This document shows positions 51,482 to 64,000 of a stretch of 64,000 bases of DNA, in pieces. Numbering within the stretch: the first letter of the stretch is position 1; every line of letters begins with the position of its first letter. Location: assembly GCF_963921235.1 (NCBI RefSeq), contig NC_086115.1, forward strand, positions 35,278,001 to 35,342,000, given 5' to 3'. A program made the position numbers and the translations under genes. The notes under the pieces were generated by a model. That model saw nothing but the letters and a program-made list of their open reading frames with translations, was not told the origin of the DNA and searched no databases. The DNA is from Mobula hypostoma (Eukaryota).

Positions 51482-51917
51482 TATTGTGTGTAGGGTCCTA
51501 ATGAGACCATACATGGAGCATTTTGTACTGGAGTGACCTCCCCCACTTCAGGGAGGCATATTTGCAATGGTATGGGGATGGTGAAGAGAGAATTTTCTTA
51601 TGAGGTGGATTTAAAGCACTATACCTTTTTAGATGTAGAAAAATGACTGGTAAATTTACTGAATGTACAAAGTTATTGCATAGCTTGATGGTAAACATTC
51701 ATGATGTTTTCTCAGTTTACGTTGCCCAGAACAGCAGATGCAAAGTAAGGGGCTGGCCATTCTAGACAGATGAGAAGCAATTCTAAATGGAGATTAGTGA
51801 ACTGTTGGAATTCTCTGCACGAGGACTATGAAGCATCAGTCACTGAGCAGATTTGTGGAATAGAGATAGTGTGTTAGTATATAAACATAGCACTGAGGTG
51901 GAAGATTTTATCGAACA

Positions 51918-54900
51918 ATGCAGGAGCCTGAGGAGTTGATGGAGAGGAGTTACAGGCAGGTGGTCACACCGGGGCCACGGAAAGCAGACAAGTGGGTCAC
52001 GATTAGGAGTGGGAAGGGGAAGAGTCAACTACTAGAGAGTACCCCAGTGGCTGTGCCCCTTGACAATAAGTACTCCTGTTTGAGTATTGTTGGCCGGGGG
52101 GGGGGGGGGGCAGCTTACCTGGGGGAAGCAACAGTGGCTGTGCCTCCGGCACAGAGTCCGGCCCTGTAGCGCAGAAGGGTAGGGAAAGAAAGAGGAGGGC
52201 AGTTGTAACAGGGGACTCGATAGTTAGGGGGTTAGATAGGCGATTCTGTGGACGCAGTCAGGAGACCTGTATGGTAATTTGCCTCCCTGGTACCAGGGTC
52301 CGGGATGTTTCTGATTGTGTCCAAGATATCCTGACGTAGGAGGGGGAGGAGCCTGAGGTTGTGGTACGTATTGGTACCAATGACATAGGTAGGCAAAGGG
52401 AAGAGATCCCGAAAGGAGAATATAGGGAGTTAGGAAGGGAGTTGAGAAGAAGGACCGCAAAGGTAGTCATCTCGGGATTACTGCCTGTGCCACGCGACAG
52501 TGAGAGTAGGAATGGAATGAGGTGGAGGATAAATGTGTGGCTGAGAGATTGGAGCAGGGGGCAGGGATTCAAGTTTCTGGATCACTGGACCTCTTTTGGC
52601 TCAGGTGTGACCTGTACAAAAAAGACAGGTTGCACTTGAATCCTACGGGGACCAATATTTGCAAATCTCCTGCAGGGAGATTTGCAAAGGCTACTGGGGA
52701 GACTTTAAACTAGAATAGTTGGGGTGTGGGAATCAAATTGAAGAGACTAGGAGGGAGGAGGTTGGTTCACAGATGGAGAGAGCTGGTGGGCGGTGTGTGA
52801 GGGAGGGTGGGCAGGGGACAGAGAACGGGAGCACTCAGACCGAAGATGTAGGGAAGAAGGAAGAAAAAGATAATAAAGTTGTTTGCACCATTAGGGATAA
52901 ACAGAGAGTAAGAGGTGGAGAGTTTCTTAATGCATCTATTTTAATGCTCGAAGCATTGTAAGAAAGGTGGATGAGCTTAGAGCATGGATTGATACCTGGA
53001 AATATGATGTAGCTATTAGTGAAACATGGTTGCAGGAGGGATGTGATTGGCAACTAAATATTCCTGGATTTCGTTGCTTCAGCTGTGATAGAATCGGAGG
53101 GGCAAGAGGGGAAGGTGTTGCATTGCTTGTCAGAGAAAATATTACAGCGGTGCTTTGGCAGGATAGATTAGAGGACTCGTCTAGGGAGGCTATTTGAGTG
53201 GAATTGAGGAATGGGAAAGGTGTAGTAACGCTTATAGGGGTGTATTATAGACCACCTAATGGGGAGCGAGAATTGGAGCTGCAAATTTGTATGAAAGTAG
53301 CAGATATTTGTAGTAAGCATAAGGTTGTGATTGTGGGAGATTTTAATTTTCCACACATAGGCTGGGAAACCCATTCTGTAAAAGGGCTGGATGGTTTGAA
53401 GTTTGTAAAATGTGTGCAAGATGGTTTTTTGCAGCAATACATAGAGGTGCCAACTAGAGAAGGGGGCAGTGTTGGATCTCCTGTTAGGGAATGAGATAGG
53501 TCAGGTGATGGAGGTATGTGTTGGGGAGCACTTCGGGTCCAGTGATCACAATGCCATTAGTTTCAATATAATTATGGAAAAGGATAGGACTGGACACAGG
53601 GTTGAGATTTTTGATTGGAGAAAGGCTAACTTTGAGGAGATGCAAAAGGATTTAGAAGGAGTAGATTGGGACAATTTGTTTTATGGGAAGGATGTAATAC
53701 AGAAATGGAGGTTATTTAAAGGTGAAATTTTGAGGGTGCAGAACCTTTATGTTCCTGTTAGGTTGAAAGGAAAGGTTAAACGTTTGAGAGAGCCATGGTT
53801 TTCAACGGATATTGGAAACTTGGTTTGGAAAAAGAGAGAGATCTACAATAAATATAGGCAGCATGGAGTAAATGAGGTGCTCGAGGAATATAAAGAATGT
53901 AAAAAGAATTTTAAAGAAATTAGAAAAGCTAAAAGAAGATATGAGGTTGCTTTGGCAAGGAAGGTGAAAATAAATCCAAAGAGTTTCTACAGTTATATTA
54001 ACAGCAAAGGGATAGTGAGGGATAAAATTGGTCCCTTAGAGAATCAGAGTGGACGGCTATGTGCAGACCAAAAGAGATGGGGGAGATTTTGAACAATTTT
54101 TTTTTTCGGTATTCACTAAGGAGAAGGATATTGAATTGTGTAAGGTAAGGGAAACAAGTAGGGTAGTTACGGAAACTATGATGATTAAAGAAGAGGAAGT
54201 ACTGGCGCTTTTAAGGAATATAAAAGTGGATAAGTCTCTGGATCCTGACAGGATATTCCCTAGGACCTTGAGGGAAATTAGTGTGGAAATAGCAGGGGCT
54301 CTGAAAGAAATATTTCAAATGTCATTAGAAATGAGGATGGTGCTGGAGGATTGGCGTATTGCTCATGTAGTTCCATTGTTTAAAAATGGTTCTAAAAGTA
54401 AACCTAGCAATTATCGACCTGTGAGTTTGACGTCAATGGTGGGTAAATTGATGGAAAGTATTCTTAGACATGGTATATATATATATATAATTATCTGGAT
54501 AGACAGGGTCTAATTAGGAACAGTCAACATGGATTTGTGCATGGAAGGTCATGTTTGACAAATCTTATTGAATTTTTTGAAGAGGTTACTAGGAAAGTTG
54601 ACGAGGGTAAAGCGGTGGATGTGGTCTATATGGACTTCAGTAAGGCCTTTGACAGGGTTCCACATGAAGGTTAGTTAGGAAGGTTCAGTCGTTAGGTATT
54701 AATATTGAAGTAATAAAATGGATTTAGCAGTGGCTGGATGGGAGACGCCAGAGAGTAGTGGTGGATAACTGTTTGTCAGATTGGAGGCCGGTGTCTAGTG
54801 GTGTACCTCAGGGATCTGTACTGGGTCCAGTGTTGTTTGTCATATATATTAATGATCTGGATGATGGGGTGGTAAATTAGATTAGTAAGTATGCAGATGA

Positions 54901-55806
54901 TACTAAGATAGGTGGAATTGTGGATAATGAAGTAGATTTTCAAAGCTTGAAGAGAGATTTAGGCCAGTTAGAAGAGCGGGCTGAAAGATGGCAGATGGAG
55001 TTTAATGCTGATAAATGTGAGGTGCTACATTTTGGTAAGACTAATCAAAATAGGACATACATGGTAAATGGTAGGGCATTGAAGAATGCAGTAGAACAGA
55101 GAGATCTAGGAATAATGGTGCATAGTTCCCTGAAGGTGGAATCTCATGTGGATAGGGTGGTGGAGAAAGCCTTTGGTATGCTGGCCATTATGAATCAGAG
55201 CATTGAGTATAGGAGTTGGGATGTAATGTTGAAATTGTACAAGGCATTGGTAAGGCCAAATTTGGTTGTGTACAGTTCTGGTCACCGAATTAAAGGAAAG
55301 ATGTCAACAAAATAGAGAGAGTACAGAGAAGCTTTACTGGAATGTTACCTGGGTTTCATCTCCTAAGTTACAGGGAAAGATTGAACAAGTTGGGTCTTTA
55401 TTCTTTTGAAGTGTTGAAGGTTGAGGGGGTCTTGATAGAGGTATTTAAAATTATGAGGGGGATAGATAGAGTTGACGTGCATAGGCTTTTTCCATTGAGA
55501 GTGGGGGAAATTCAAACAAGAGGACATGAGTTGAGAGTTAAAGGACAAAAGTTTAGGGGTAACATGAGGGGGAATTTCTTTACTCAGAGAGTGGTAGCTG
55601 TGTGGAACGAGCTTCCAGCAGAAGTGGTAGAGGCAGGTTCGATGTTGTCATTTAAAGTTAAGTTGGATAGCTATATGGACAGGAAAGGAATGGAGGGTTA
55701 TAGGCTGAGTGCAGGTCGGTGGGACTAGGTGAGAGTAAGAGTTTGGCACGGACTAGAAGGGCCGAGATGGCCTGTTTCCGTGCTGTAATTGTTATATGGT
55801 TATATG
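51918..55806 (+). mobile_element. Near full-length CR1 LINE (partial ORF1 esterase, ORF2 APE endonuclease + RT), multiple stops and frameshifts
   Basis: IGTND; VAISETW; GVYYRPP; IVGDFNFP; SSDHN; NYRPVSLTS; KYADDTK nucleotides ~54887-54907; (TTATATGG)n tail. Confidence 0.95.
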
Positions 55807-55879
55807 AATGACTTACTCTGGCTTTTATTTATGATTTAGTTAAGTCTTAAAAGTACATGAGATGGTCCGTAGTGTTTCA

Positions 55880-56270
55880 TTGCTGATGTAGAGTTAAAGT
55901 TGTGCAGTTTAGTTCAGCAATCTGATGGTTGTTGGAAAGTAGCTCTTCCTAAACCTAGTGATGTGACTTCAGGCTCTTGTGCCACTTACCTAATGGAGCA
56001 GCAGGAAGAGAACGTGATGTAAATGGTTGGAATCCTTGCTGATAGATGCTGCCTCTTGAGGGAGCACCTCCAGATGCTGCGAATGTTAGCAAGGGTCGTG
56101 TCATGATGGATCTGACTACGTCCATTATTTGCTGTAGGCTCTTGTGTTCTTGTGCAATGGAAATGGTGTACCAGACCATGTTGAACCATTGGGACACTAT
56201 CAACAGTATGTTTGTAGAAGTGTTTCAGAGTATTTGGTGACACACCAAATCTCCTTAAGCTTCTTAAAAA
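55880..56270 (-). mobile_element. Rex1/Babar-type fragment
   Basis: MSPNTLKHFY; MVWY..LQQIMD. Confidence 0.65.
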
Positions 56271-56869
56271 GAAAAAGTACTTAAAACCAGGGTTCCAGTG
56301 CTCCCCACAACCAAGTCATTGGCTCCAGTGAACTTGTGCTTCTACAGCAGGCTGAGGTCAAATGAATGATGGCATGTGATATACCCTCCTGTGGCCAGGC
56401 CAAATGCTGGACTCTGCACCTTCTATTTCTTTTCTACCCAGATACAGGCTGAAGAGTACATAGAGAACTAATTACCAAATCATTCATTGGTGCCCCACTA
56501 CCACATTCTTTTTGCATACCCATTGGAATGCATTAGAATTTAAAAAATACAAGACCTTTGCATAACCCAGAGGAAAGTGTACAAGAGAGAGTGTAGAAGA
56601 GATTCTTCAGGATGTTGCCTGGATTGGAGCATTTTAGTAATGGTGAGAGGTTGAGTAGGCTAAGTTTGTTTTCTCTGGAATGAAAGCGATTGAAAGGTAA
56701 ATGAAATTATGATAGACAGAGTAGATGTGGCTAAAAGATTCTATCTAAAATAGGAGTGCTTGGTTTAAGGTAAGATGAAGTACTTTTTGAAGGAATACTG
56801 GGGGTAAGCTGATTTTACAATATGGTTAGCTGGAAGTGGCAGAATTTGATATATAATTGTTTAAATCTG

Positions 56870-58090
56870 TTGGAATCTACAAATCTGATGGAATTCTTTG
56901 AAGAAATAACAAGCAGGATAGACAAAGGAGAATCAGTTGATGTTGTGTACTTAGATTTTCAGAAGGTGACAAGGTGCCACACATGAGGCTGCTTAACAAG
57001 TTAAGCACCTATGGTATTACAGGAAAGGTACTTACATGGATAAAGCAGTGGCTGATTGGCAGGAGACAAAGAGTGGGAATAAAGGGAGCCATTCCTGGTT
57101 GGCCAGTGGTGTTTCGCAGGGGTCTATGGTGGGACTGCTTCTTTTTACGTTATATGTCAATGACTTGGATGATAGAATTGATGGCTTTGTTGCAGTTTGC
57201 AGATAATATGAAGTTAGGTGGACAGATGGGTAATTTTTAAGGAAGTAGAGAAGCTACAGAAGGAATTAGCCAGTGTAGGAGAATAGGCAAAGAAGTGACA
57301 GATGAATTACAGTGTTGGGAAGTGTATGGTCATGCACTTTGATGGAAGAAATAGAACAATAGACTATTTTCTAAATGGAGAGAAAATTCAAAAATTTGAG
57401 TCTTAAAGGGTCTTGGGAGTCCTTGTACAGGATTTCCTAAATTTTAGCTTGCAGGTTGAGTCTGTGGTGAGGTAGGCAAACGTTGGCGTTCATTTCAAGA
57501 GGACTGGAATGTAAGAGCAAGGATCTAACACTGAGATTAAATAAAGTACTGGTGAGGCCACACTTGGAGAGCAGTTTTGGACCCCTTAATAAAGATGTGT
57601 GCTGACACTGAAGGGGTTTCAAAGAAGGTTCACAGAAATGATTCCAGAATTGAATGGCTTGTCATAAGAAGAGGATTTGATGGCTGTGGACCTGTATTCA
57701 CTGGAATTCCTTGAAACCTATTGAATGTTGAAATGCCTGGTTAGAGTGGATTGGAGAGGATGTTTCCTGTGGTGGGAGAGTCTAAGACCAGAGGATACAG
57801 CTTCAGAACAGAGGGGGTCCTTTAGAATGGAGAGGAAATTTCTTTAGTCTGAGTGGTGAATCTGTGGAATTTGTTACTATATGTTGCTGTGGAGGCCAAT
57901 TCTTTATGCATATTTAAGGCAGAGGTTGATGGGCTCTTGATGATTGGTCAGGGCATGAAGGGATACAGGGAGAATGCAAGTGATTGGGGCTGAGAGGAAA
58001 ATTGGATCAGCCCATGATGAAATGGTGAAGCGGACTCGATGGGCTAAATGGCCTAATTCTGCTCCTACATCTTACTGTCTTATGGTCTTC
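56870..58090 (+). mobile_element. CR1 RT/3' end, decayed
   Basis: PHMRLLNKL..WLIGRRQRV..QFADNMKLGG; tcttatggtct tail. Confidence 0.85.
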
Positions 58091-58549
58091 AGGAGCCATT
58101 TTTAGGCAAGCACTTAAATAAGCACGGCTAATGGGTGCAAGTGGAGTTAGTGTAGAAGGACTAAAAAGTTGGCATAAACATGGTGACTGTAGGCCTGTTT
58201 CTGTGCTGTACAGCTCTATGACTTTAAAATAGTTTAAGGGTGCAAGAGTGACTGATGTAAAGAGCTGGCTGGATACAGTTAGGGGTGATGCACAATAACT
58301 CAGTAACAATGGTTGCCATGTTTTACTCTTGAATTGTGTAATACTGTAGAAACATATTAGGCAATTAAGATTCTGAGTACTAATGACAGCATGATTGTTT
58401 ATGCATTGTTCTATTTTTGTGACATGCTGCTCATGTATTTCAGCTCAGTTGGTGCCTGGCTGTTGCCCTAAATGGACTTTTGCTTAACTCTGATACCGTG
58501 AACCAGTTCCCTTCCTCTGATCCCCATGTAAGAACTTAGGAAACTCAAA

Positions 58550-59390
58550 AAGAAAGAAGTAGGCTATTTATTTCCATGCTAATTTTGTCATTTAATGTGT
58601 GATAGATCTTCTACTTGAGGGGCACTTTTTTGCACTAGCTTCATGCCCCATAATTCTCTAAATATCTAAAAATGCACCTGTTTCTATCATGAACGTAGTC
58701 AGTGACTGGGCTTCCACAGCCCCTGTTGTGCAGGTAATTGTAATCACTAATTGCTGGATGAAGAAATTTGTTTTTACCATTGTGCTGAATATTTGGCTTC
58801 TTATTCTGACTCTATGATCCTTGGTCTAGGTACTCCAGCCAGGGAATCATCAACTCTATATCCACCCTGTAAAGTCAAACAAGAGTTCTGGGTATTTCAG
58901 TGAGATCATCTCTCATTAATCTAAAATCAGGAGAGTGTAGGCCTGGTATATTCAGCCTCTTCAACAAATTTGCCATCTCAGGAATTAATCTGCTGTACCT
59001 TCACTGTATTCCCTTTATTGAAATTGCATCTTTCCTTGATTGGAAAGACGATACTGAGACATGGATTTGAGACATGGTCTTACCAGGGCCCCATATATTT
59101 GGAGCAAGATTCTTGTACTCAAATTTTCTTATGATAGAGAGAAAAAATACTATTTGCTTTCCCAATTGTACGGTGTATCCACAAGTTAACTTTCAGTGAT
59201 ACTTTGTCTACTGGCACAGAGGTTTCTTCCTCTGACTAGAACTACATTTGATTTCTAACCATTTAATAAAATATTCTGTTCTTACTTTTGCAACCAGAGT
59301 GGGTGATCCCTCTCACAATTGTTCACATTAAATTCCATCCACCCTCTCATGCTCTTTTATCCCTCTGAAGTCTCTGAATATTTGATGCCA
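58550..59390 (-). mobile_element. Old CR1 3' fragment
   Basis: Nucleotide similarity to other CR1 3' ends. Confidence 0.6.
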
Positions 59391-61065
59391 CACGGTTACT
59401 CTGACCTCCAGGTTGTTAGTGCAGTAGGTTATTTGGTCCTGCCTGTCATTCACGTTTGTACAACATAACAGCTGCAGCAGTGATGTTAAAGAATTAAGTA
59501 TATTCCTGGTTGCAGCCCTGACCAAATTCTGTAGCAGCACAAAATGAAATTATAATTTTTATAATGATGACCCTTTCCAGAAGCTACAAGTATTTTGGAA
59601 AAATAATTGCATACCTTCTCTGTTGTTAAAAGCAATTCCAATGCTATGCAGAATACTCTTTCAACTTTTCTGTTTGTGAACAAATGCATCCCTGCATGTT
59701 TTATGGGTTTGTATGGGGACAATGAGGCTTTTATCAGGAGACTTGGGAATTAATACTGATTACTATATAAATTAAAGTGAGGGCAGCCTATGTGGGAATA
59801 CTAGAAATTGTGATACTGTGAATAGGCAGAAACAAATATTTCCTATAAATGGATGCTGCCGACTTTATTTTGGCTTTAACGGTTGAGTTTAACAGCACAA
59901 ACGTAAAGAAGTACTTTGATCCCTACAGTGTATTTATTACTTCCCAAGCTTCCCTTGTCACATATTACTGTACTGATGGGATTACAATTTGGGAAACACA
60001 TAAGCTCAGGGTAAACCAGCTGTGAAAGAGTCTCTAGAACACATCAAGTGAGTTGGGTTTTTGAACATTATGCACTCCATTAGGGGTGTTGGGCAAGGCA
60101 AGATAACACGGTATTTTGTCAGTTAACAAACTGTGTGAAACTTTTTTTCATAGTAAAACTTTACTTGCCTGTTGATGCCTAAAGTGAAGGCTTTGAGCAT
60201 ACTCTTTCAGATTATTATGATAATGGTGTATATTTTAGTTGCCCACGACATTGGGTAAATATCGGATTTCTCCCATAGAAGAACCATGCATGAGTCAGCA
60301 CATTAAAAATTGGAGTGTATTTGTTTGAAGGAGAGAAAACAATTGTTAGCATATCTTCTCCATTTCTGTACCATATCGCAGAGTTGATGAAAATTAGAAC
60401 TAAAGAAACAAAGGTGATTACTGTGTGTGTCCAGTCCCTGTCTCCCGTAGGACAGACCTCTGAGTGCGATCAGTTTCATTATTTGCATCTGGATTCTGCA
60501 GGTTTCTGAGTGACAGCTTGTCTACTTCAAATGAATACTTACTAAACCACTTGGAGTGAATGTTCTTCCCTCTGTTTCTTGATCCATTCAAAGTAGACTG
60601 ATGCATTTTAATAGATTGTCTTTTATGGTATGTAGATTTCTCACATTTGGTTTATATTTTATTCTTGAATACCTTCAACTTTTTCTTATGCATCAGTTGA
60701 AATGCAGCTGCACTGCCTTTTTAGATGGTGACATTTTATTTATCACACCCTTCTGGTTTGTTAGAAAACCATCTTGTGTCTTCTTTCATTAGGACAGATT
60801 TCAGTCAATTTTTACCCAATTTGGGACCAAAATATCCACCTGATTTGGTGGGGATTTATTTTGCTTTCTGTTTTAAAATTTGAATGATGAATGACTTCAA
60901 TTAATTTTTTTGGAGCTTAGCCTTGTTGTGCTGTGGAGCCTATGTCACAATCATATCTGACCAAATTACGAATGATTATTGTGGAGTTTTGCTAATAATT
61001 GGAGTGGTTAAGAATCTACAGTACATGAAATGAGTGGTACTATGCTAGTCATCATCCCTGAGACA

Positions 61066-61745
61066 TGTTCAAAGTAAACTTATTATCAAAGTACATGTAT
61101 GTCACCATATACAACCCTGAGATTAATTTTCTGGTGGGCATACTCAATATATCTATAATAGAATAATAATCATGATAGAATTAGTGAAAGACCGCACCAA
61201 CCTGGCGTTCACAGAGTGCAGAGGACAACAAATAGTGCAAATATAAAAAGGAATAATAATAATACTAAATAGGCAATAAATATGGAGAACATGAGATGAA
61301 GAGTCATGGAATGTGAGTCCTTAGGTTTTGTGAACATTTCAATGTTGGGGCGAGTGAAGTTATCCCCTTTGGTTCAAGGGCCTGATGGTTGAGGGCTAAT
61401 AACTGCTCCTGAACCTGGTGATGTGAGTGCTCCCTGTACCTTCTTCCTGATGGCAGCAGCGAGAAGAGAGCATTTCCTGGGTGGGTGGGGAAATCCCTGA
61501 TGATGATGGCTGTTTTCCTGTAACAGCCTTTCATGTTGATGTGCTCAGTGGTGGGGAGGGCATCTACCCATGATGGACTGAATCGCATCCACTGCTTTTG
61601 GTAGGATTTTCCATTCAAGTGCCTGTTTCCATATCAGGCTGCGATGTAGCCAGTCAATATGCTCTCCACTACTCATCTGTTGAAGTTTATCAAAGGTTTT
61701 AGATGTCATGCTGAATCTTCCCAAATCCCTAAGGAAGTAGGGGTG
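61066..61745 (-). mobile_element. Rex1/Babar-type 3' end
   Basis: IIRDFPTHPGNALFSLLPSGRRYR; gttcaaagtaaac tail. Confidence 0.8.
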
Positions 61746-62957
61746 CATTTACCATATACATATGGTGGAATCTGTATTTTATATTGAGCAACGTTGAAGA
61801 ATGTTAGGAATAAGATGAGATAAAACTAAACTTCAATTAAAAAATAAATAATTACATATGTATGTCTTTGGATTAACTTAACCAGGTGATTTATTTTTTC
61901 ACTTTCTGAGTGTAGCCAACATTTCTAATGGCCTACTTGCACAGATGAAAGAATGGGTTCTGATCTCTGTAGACAGTTTGACCTTTGGCACTAGTTACAG
62001 CGTGCTGGTTTGGTTAAGTACATTCTTTTATTGTCCATCAGCATTATTGGATTTCACATCCTAACCAAGCACCTTAAATATGATATGTTTCATGAAAAAG
62101 GTTACTTCTTGTTTTCATCTTTGGGAAGTCTTGAAAGTTTTATTTCATTCACCACATCTCAAATCCAATAATTTTCCAATGGGAATAAATTTCTATATGA
62201 AGTGAATGTATTTGTTATTGATAGTTAAAGTTTTGTAAACAGGACATTATCAACAGGACTAATACGGCTAATGGAGCCATTTTCAGATTACCAACTCACT
62301 GGCTGGAATGATACATGACTTCAGAGATGCCAGTGATTGTATTCCAGAGAATTTCTCGGGCATCTGTGCAACAAATCTGTGTCATACTGCACCTGGTTTG
62401 TGGAGTTCTCTGAACTTGGCAAATGTTGTTGACGCTATTGGAAATCTATAGTTTCTTCTGCATCCCTACCGCGACCTCTCTCCTTCAGTTTCCACAAGTA
62501 TTGCTGTTTGATCTTGTGTGCATGTGGGGGATCCATTAAAGAGAAAGATTTCTAGCTTTCATAAGTAATTTTGTTTCTATCTTTGTCAAATTGTGTTCTA
62601 TTCAGAGGACATGTGTCAGATAGAAACTGGAAATTCATATAGCAAATAAATTTCTCCAGTAAGAATACATATAAATAATGGTGGGAAGAAGGGCATTAGC
62701 ACTAAAGTCTCTTTGAAAGTCTAATTAAAAAAAAAGGATAAGTATTGAATCCTTATGGTTTTCCACTTTGTACTCACAAGTATTCAAACTTTTTGATTGC
62801 CTTAGTAATTAATGTAATCTTACTTGAAAGATTAGGTGATGTACACTTGTTTGGCTTGATTGGAGAGGATTTTTGGGAGAAAATTATGTGAAGGAAGAGG
62901 GTGGGCATGTAGGTTCATTGACATTGAAAATTTGGATAAGTGCTGCCTTTTCCTGTT

Positions 62958-63075
62958 ACATTGAATGAATTGAATTGACTTTATTTCTTACATCTTTCAC
63001 ATACATGAGTAAAAATCTTTACGTTATGCCTCTGTCTAAATGTGCAATCTATAGTAATTCATAATAAACAGTATG
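62958..63075 (-). mobile_element. Short Rex1/Babar-type 3' tip
   Basis: Near-identical to 36693-36792; (ATTGA)n tail. Confidence 0.75.
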
Positions 63076-64000
63076 TATTTCAGCAACATCCAGGACTGGC
63101 TGGATCATCCAGGATTTTCCATAGTCTCTACCTAATGTATTTTCTTGACTTGAATCAGCATATCCAAATACAGGCAGCTGTAAAGTTTTTCTTTCTTCTT
63201 TGCTTCTCCAAAGAATTTATGTAAATCTGCATTTAGACATGAGGTTCCCTCCTGAATTATGACACAAGCTAAGTGGTGTACTTTGATTGCCGGGATCCTT
63301 TATCCACACCACAGGCATACTTTTAATTTTATCCATAGTTATATTTATGACTGCTTTAATGCTACCTTGCCACGATCATGTATTTTATTTAGCCTTACAG
63401 CAGTACAATCATTAGGGGCATGTTCTATGTATGGCCTGTGTCTATTGAACATTCACCTCTCATATGGCAATGTATAATCTCCATTTTTACATCCAGTGAC
63501 TGATTTGTACACAGTTCTGTGGGTTTATGTGCCTTTCCTATACCTTTGGTACTGCTCTCACTTGGCTTACACTAGCCAGCCAATGTTGTGTTACAAGGCT
63601 TAAGCTTGTATGTTGTGATTGAAATGTAGAAAGAACAAGCGCTATTGCAGTCAAAGTGTGTGTGAGAGAGAGCAGACTAGGAAGAAGCATCATTGCAGAG
63701 GATGCTGGGACAGTGGGTTACGTCAGTGGGTGTGGGAGATTTGACTGATTCAGCAATGATGTATAATTTGAAGTGTAAATGTGTAACACATACTGTACTG
63801 AAAATATTCTTAGCAATATAAGTAGGAAATAATGTAAAGTGGGGGTGATGCTGTGTATTTACTAGAGTGTTTTGAGAATCTTGTGCATGTTTTTAAGTTT
63901 CCACTTTTTCAAATGGAACAAATTGTCACTCTAAATGTCCTCTTAATAAGTGAAATTTGGGATGAGGCACAGAAGTGATAAAACATGATACCTTCAAAAT

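Noticed and set aside
62288-62452. Short plus-strand frame after ttttcag (MIHDFRDASDCIPENF..)
   Set aside because: No similarity to PCGF5 or any family I recognise; closes quickly

Overview
Eukaryotic, vertebrate genomic DNA. The repeat landscape (CR1, Rex1/Babar-type, Penelope, HE1/V-SINE-like) suggests a cartilaginous fish, probably a ray; this is inference only. The only host gene I can recognise is PCGF5 (Polycomb group RING finger 5) on the + strand. It has a CpG-island promoter (~26.4-28.4 kb), candidate non-coding 5' exons and a first coding exon at 29526-29637, followed by an intron that runs past the window end (>34 kb; I did not find exon 3). Most of the rest is nested, decayed transposons: CR1, Rex1/Babar-type, L1, R4-like, RTE and Penelope retroelements, an internally deleted hAT, a Tigger/pogo-derived element and a probable solo LTR. 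Nearly all ORFs in the supplied track are TE fragments or spurious. The most striking signal is a set of five short fold-back (palindromic) Penelope-terminus insertions. Each has an 11-16 bp target-site duplication and a one-sided tail (38-39 nt in four copies). Four retain intact-to-decayed minimal hammerhead-ribozyme motifs on opposite strands, and the fifth is folded exactly at the predicted ribozyme cleavage site. A second signal is a diverged ~400 bp duplication upstream of PCGF5 that keeps a minus-strand splice acceptor, hinting at a divergent spliced lncRNA. Repeat boundaries are approximate except where TSDs or TIRs fix them. All assignments are by eye; no searches were run.
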